A stretch of DNA of 11,238 nucleotides from Vulcanimicrobiota bacterium (lineage in GTDB: Bacteria > Vulcanimicrobiota > Vulcanimicrobiia > Vulcanimicrobiales > Vulcanimicrobiaceae). Positions 7,425 through 11,238 of the stretch are shown piece after piece. The translations under genes were made by a program, and so were the position numbers. The notes beneath the pieces are model-generated. The model had not been told where the DNA came from. It saw nothing but the letters and a program-made list of their open reading frames with translations, and searched no databases. The stretch covers positions 6,622-17,859 of the forward strand of contig PKZK01000142.1 in NCBI GenBank assembly GCA_003133025.1, read 5' to 3'. Each line of letters starts with the position of its first letter. Position 1 is the first letter of the stretch.

Positions 7425-9770
7425 TCAAGGCGCCAGGGTGAGCGTCGACGTGGTCGCCCGGGCTACGGCCGCATCGCCGAAAGGTAAGGGCACGAGCGTG
7501 CCCGCGAGCCACAACGGCGCGCCGTCGCGGTAGTGGTCCGAGCCCGGCGCACCCGACTCGCCCTGCGGGATCACGATGCCGCCCGCTTCCCAGTTGCCCA
7601 CGTCCCACACGGCGCGGAAACTCTGCGTCACCGACGGCCCCTGCGCGTGGGGCGAGAACGGATCGCCGTGGCCGGGGAAGCGCACGCCGTTCCACATTTT
7701 GAGTCCGAAACTCGAGAGCGGATGTTCCGCGGTACGCGCACCGACCGTGTCCCACGTCGCGTCGGCGTACCCGTTCTTCTGCAGCGCGACGAGCGCGTCG
7801 CGCGTCGAATCGACCAAGAATGCATCGAAGTCGTCGCCGGGCACCCAGCCTTTGGGATGCTCGCGCAGCATGCGCGAGACGGCCACGAGCAGCAAACCCG
7901 TGTTCTGCGAGACGTAGCGCCGGCCCAAGTCGTGGTCCAGGTGATAGCGCGCGAGCCTATCGCCTGCCGCGCGACGCAAGGCCCAAGCGTACACGGCCGC
8001 GTGCGAATCCTCGACGAAACGTCCGTCGAAGTCGCGCAGCGCCGCGCCCACCTTGCTCAGTTGGGGATCGCTCGCCGCGCGCCGGCCGATCGCCGCACCC
8101 GCGGCGTGCGCGAGGTCGCGCTCGGCGGGGGAGGTGACGTCGGCTTGAATCGATCGAAACGCCGCAATGTCGTAATTCTTGTGTTCGCGCAGCGCGCCCG
8201 CGATGCGCGACGCGCGATACGGCGCTTCGAAGAACGCCGTCAGCCGGTACGGATAGCCCGCGCCGTACATGCGGTTGTTGGCCGTGAAGGCCAGCGCCGA
8301 ACGCGAGGGCAGCACTTTGGGCATCACCGCGAACGGGACGTACTCGGCGTGGGGCGCGGGTTCGGTCGTGCCGTCGAGTGCGCCGAGCGCCCAGAGCGGA
8401 TCGCGCCACACGTCACCGGCGAGGGCGTATCCGGCCGAGCCGCCGTCGTCGGCGAGCACGAAATTCTGCGGGGGCCCGGGATACCCGGCGAGCACCCGGA
8501 TGCCCTCGCGCACGTCGTGCGCCCGGCCCAACGCGCCGTACGTCGCAAAGCCCGAGCGGCGATCGTCGACGCCGGTCCAGGCTGCGGCATAGCGTTCCGT
8601 GCCGCGCGTTTCGAAGACGAAGCCGTGCACGGTCGCGAGGTAATCGCGCACGACCGGCTTGCCGAAGCGCACGGCAAAGGTCTCGCTGCGGTGGCTCGCG
8701 TGCAGCCAACGCCCGTTGTTGAAATATTCGTCCGACGTCGCATCGCGGAAACGTTCGCGATAGATGCGCGTCGTCGCGACGGTGCCGTTGGTCACGCCCC
8801 AGGCGAGGTGCTCGTTGTGGCCCAAGATCACGCCGGGCACGCCGGCCAGCGTTGCGCCCGCGACGTGATAGCCCGGCGCCGACATCTCGACCAGATACCA
8901 GATGCCCGGAATGCGCAAGCCCAGGTGCGGGTCGTTGGCCAGCAGCGCGCGGTGCGTCGCCGTGAGTGCGGCGCCGGCCGTGAAGTCGTTGCTGCCGACC
9001 TCGCCGTGTTCGGGCGCGCCGATGCCGCCGAAGAGCGGCGGCGCGGCGGCATCCTTCACCGACAGCGCGGGCAGCGGTGCGACGGGTGCCGGCTTCGCGC
9101 CCCCCAGCGGCGAATCGTACGCGGGATCGGTGACCGGGAAGAATGCGTCGATCAGCGGCGCGCCGCCGCTGCGCCGCACGTCGGCGCGGGTCAACACTTC
9201 TTCCCACGGATCGGCTAAGGCGACCACCGTGGCAAAGGCCACGAGCAGCGCGTCGCGCGGACGCCACGGCTCGGGTTTGTACCCCAGTATGCGAAATTCC
9301 GGCGGCAACGGGCGCTCGTCCATCGCCTTCTGCACGCCTGCCGCAAACGCGTCGAGGTCGTCGCGCTCGCGCGGCGCGAGCGACTGCTCCTGTCGTGCGA
9401 CCGCGGTCTCCACGTCGAACGCGCGCGAATGCTGATCGTAGTCGAGCGTCGACGATCCGAAAATCTCCGAGAGGCGGCCGCTGACCGCGCGCCGGTAGAC
9501 GTCGAGCTGGAAAAGCCGGTCGGTGCCCTGCGCGTAGCCTTCGGCGAAATAGGCATCGCGTTCGCTCGCCGCACGAATGTGCGGAATGCCGCGCCCGTCG
9601 CGTGCGATCGTCACCGGCGCGTGCACGCCCGTACCGGTCAGGGTGCCCGTCTGCACCGCGGCCTGTGCGCCGACGATCGAGTTGATCCAGAGCACGAAGG
9701 CCGCGATGACGACGAGCAGCGCCGCGAACGCCAAAAGGGCCAGGATGCCCAAGCGCCGCGCGACGGTCAC
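7425..9770 (-). CDS. Penicillin acylase family protein (Ntn hydrolase, peptidase S45), 781 aa
   Basis: N-terminal hydrophobic anchor or signal, then VTIARDGRGIPHIRA..FAEGYAQGTDRLFQLD..GRLSEIFG. Autoprocessing site G|SNDF (Ser260, codon 8993-8991), LLANDPHL, PGIWY, ILGHNEHLAWGVTN, QNFVLAD, TANN, and C-terminal PQGESG.PGSDHYRD..W. The GTG start overlaps the upstream TGA (9767-9770). Confidence 0.93.
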   Translation of the reverse strand: MTVARRLGILALLAFAALLVVIAAFVLWINSIVGAQAAVQTGTLTGTGVHAPVTIARDGRGIPHIRAASERDAYFAEGYAQGTDRLFQLDVYRRAVSGRLSEIFGSSTLDYDQHSRAFDVETAVARQEQSLAPRERDDLDAFAAGVQKAMDERPLPPEFRILGYKPEPWRPRDALLVAFATVVALADPWEEVLTRADVRRSGGAPLIDAFFPVTDPAYDSPLGGAKPAPVAPLPALSVKDAAAPPLFGGIGAPEHGEVGSNDFTAGAALTATHRALLANDPHLGLRIPGIWYLVEMSAPGYHVAGATLAGVPGVILGHNEHLAWGVTNGTVATTRIYRERFRDATSDEYFNNGRWLHASHRSETFAVRFGKPVVRDYLATVHGFVFETRGTERYAAAWTGVDDRRSGFATYGALGRAHDVREGIRVLAGYPGPPQNFVLADDGGSAGYALAGDVWRDPLWALGALDGTTEPAPHAEYVPFAVMPKVLPSRSALAFTANNRMYGAGYPYRLTAFFEAPYRASRIAGALREHKNYDIAAFRSIQADVTSPAERDLAHAAGAAIGRRAASDPQLSKVGAALRDFDGRFVEDSHAAVYAWALRRAAGDRLARYHLDHDLGRRYVSQNTGLLLVAVSRMLREHPKGWVPGDDFDAFLVDSTRDALVALQKNGYADATWDTVGARTAEHPLSSFGLKMWNGVRFPGHGDPFSPHAQGPSVTQSFRAVWDVGNWEAGGIVIPQGESGAPGSDHYRDGAPLWLAGTLVPLPFGDAAVARATTSTLTLAP

Positions 9771-10669
9771 AGCAGTTTGTCGAACGTGTACTTCGGCACG
9801 TCCGCCGGGAAGTGATAATCCACGAAGTCGTACTCGAGCGCCTCGATGTTGACCGTCAGGCCGAAATGGAGATTGGCGCCACGCACTTGCTGCACGTACC
9901 ACTGCGAGTTCAGCGGCACGTAGCTGATGGTCCAGCGCACCGCGTCGTACGGCTTGCCGTTGAAGAGACCGTCGATCGTCATCTGCTGCGTCTCGTAGTC
10001 TTTGACGCCGACCCACAGGTCGCGCAAGCGCAGCACGTTGGGATCGCGCAGCGGCGTCAGTTGCAGATGGTAGGCGTCGCCGTAGCGCAACGTTTCTTGG
10101 CCGAGCAGCCGCACGTCGTAATCGCGCGTGAAGGCTTGCACGGTGCCGATTTCGCGCAAGGGTTCTCCCGTAGGCTTGGCCTCGGGAACGTCGAGGGGAT
10201 TGGGCGTGGCCTCACTGTTGACGTTGACGTCGGAGCGGTACTTGCTCAGCACGCCGAAATCCGAGGTCGGGTCGAGCGTGGGCAACTCGACGCGAATCGG
10301 CTCGGCATCAGCATTGGTATCGGCGATCTTGAAACCGAACAGGGTGACGGGGAATCCCTTGAGCCGCTTGGCTTCGTCGGCGGCGATGACGATGCGGTCG
10401 AGGTGCAACGCGTGATCCTTGGTGCGCACCGTCGCGTTCCACCAATTGTCGAAGACGTGCGCGCCGTGACGATAGCGCACGAGCGCGCCGTAGGTGATGT
10501 ACGGCACGTCCTTGCGCGCCTGCCACCAGGCGCGGGCTTGCGCGAAGATGCGATCGGCCTCGGGATCGGGCGACGGTACCGGCGAGGGCGTGGGCGCCGG
10601 CCGCTTTGCGCCGAGCGCGAGGCCGCCGGCCGCGAGCGCCGAGGCCCGGATGAAGCTCCTGCGTCGCAT
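9767..10669 (-). CDS. Hypothetical secreted protein with twin-arginine signal and possible LolA-like beta-sheet region, about 300 aa
   Basis: MRRRSFIRASALAAGGLALGA followed by a Pro-rich linker PAPTPSPVPSPDP. Composition is protein-like, and the ORF exactly fills the space between moxR and the acylase with overlapping stop/start codons. The start is ATG 10669 or GTG 10672. The fold assignment is an impression only. Confidence 0.8.
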   Translation of the reverse strand: MRRRSFIRASALAAGGLALGAKRPAPTPSPVPSPDPEADRIFAQARAWWQARKDVPYITYGALVRYRHGAHVFDNWWNATVRTKDHALHLDRIVIAADEAKRLKGFPVTLFGFKIADTNADAEPIRVELPTLDPTSDFGVLSKYRSDVNVNSEATPNPLDVPEAKPTGEPLREIGTVQAFTRDYDVRLLGQETLRYGDAYHLQLTPLRDPNVLRLRDLWVGVKDYETQQMTIDGLFNGKPYDAVRWTISYVPLNSQWYVQQVRGANLHFGLTVNIEALEYDFVDYHFPADVPKYTFDKLL

Positions 10670-11238
10670 CACGGCGTGGGCACGCTCGCGATGAGATCGG
10701 TCACGATCCGTTCGGGGTCCACGTGATCGGTCAGCAAGCGGTAATTGAAGGCCAGGCGATGGCGCAAGGCGTCGGGCGCGGCGGCACGCACGTCGTCGGG
10801 CAACGCGAAGTCGCGTCCGTCGAGCAAGGCGCGCGCGCGGGCCAGGGCTGCGATCGCGAGCGTCGCGCGCGGGCTCGCGCCGCGTTCCACGTAATCGTGC
10901 GGCGCGCGCGTGGCCGCGACGAGTGCGACCGCGTACTTCGCCAAGCGCGGCTCGAGGTGCACCGCATGCGCCTGATCGCGCCAAGCCAATACGTCGGCAA
11001 CCGAAACCACGTTCTCCGGCAGCGCGGGTTGCGCGCCGCCGAAGCGCTGCAGGATGCGCTCTTCCTCGTCGGGTTTCGGATAGTCGACCAATACTTTGAC
11101 CAAGAAACGATCCATCTGCGCGAGGGGCAGCGCGTAGGTACCTTCGGAATCGAGCGGATTCATCGTGGCCGTCACCACGAACGGTTCGGGCAACGGAAAC
11201 GTTTGCGGGCCGATCGTAACCTGGCGTTCCTGCATGGC
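10669..11238 (-). CDS. moxR: MoxR family AAA+ ATPase, 3' part (5' end outside the window)
   Basis: AMQERQVTIG..FPLPEPFVVTATMNPLDSEGTYALPLAQMDRFL..VDYP..EEERIL and the lid domain ATR..GASPRA..ARARALLDGRDFALPDDV..LRHRL match MoxR-proper motifs. The Walker A/B motifs are not in the window. Confidence 0.93.
   Translation of the reverse strand, partial: AMQERQVTIGPQTFPLPEPFVVTATMNPLDSEGTYALPLAQMDRFLVKVLVDYPKPDEEERILQRFGGAQPALPENVVSVADVLAWRDQAHAVHLEPRLAKYAVALVAATRAPHDYVERGASPRATLAIAALARARALLDGRDFALPDDVRAAAPDALRHRLAFNYRLLTDHVDPERIVTDLIASVPTP

Noticed and set aside
7533..9218. 561-aa plus-strand ORF, and similar antisense ORFs at 3312-4526, 4577-5446, 5573-6382, 6282-6947 and 9812-10726
   Set aside because: All lie fully opposite well-supported genes and have Arg/Ala/Val-rich shadow composition, with no independent evidence.
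7425..9770. Reading the penicillin acylase family gene as an antibiotic-resistance determinant
   Set aside because: The family name does not imply beta-lactam resistance, and the substrate cannot be inferred from the sequence.
1..11238. CRISPR arrays, tRNA/rRNA genes, IS elements, prophage or defence genes
   Set aside because: No regularly spaced repeats, transposase or integrase motifs, or obvious composition shift were seen by eye. The largest intergenic gap is 74 bp.

Overview
A high-GC bacterial chromosomal window that is almost fully coding, with no mobile element, CRISPR array or RNA gene detected. The left end holds the 5' ~566 codons of carB (minus strand, running off the window and missed by the ORF track), divergent from a DUF1905/YdeI-OmpD-associated gene. 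A double-hairpin terminator separates that gene from a convergent monoheme cytochrome c. The rest (2758-11238) is one tightly coupled minus-strand operon: MoxR AAA+ ATPase (3' part) > twin-arginine secreted hypothetical protein > penicillin-acylase-family Ntn hydrolase > membrane PP2C/SpoIIE-type phosphatase > DUF58 > twin-arginine WtpA/ModA-like oxyanion-binding protein > BatA-like membrane vWA protein > pdxH. Six of the seven junctions are overlapping stop/start codons. The most notable feature is that the usually adjacent MoxR-DUF58-vWA triad is split and interleaved with four envelope-targeted genes, which may be a MoxR-based envelope maturation or sensing module (inference). All calls come from manual motif recognition; no database search was run.
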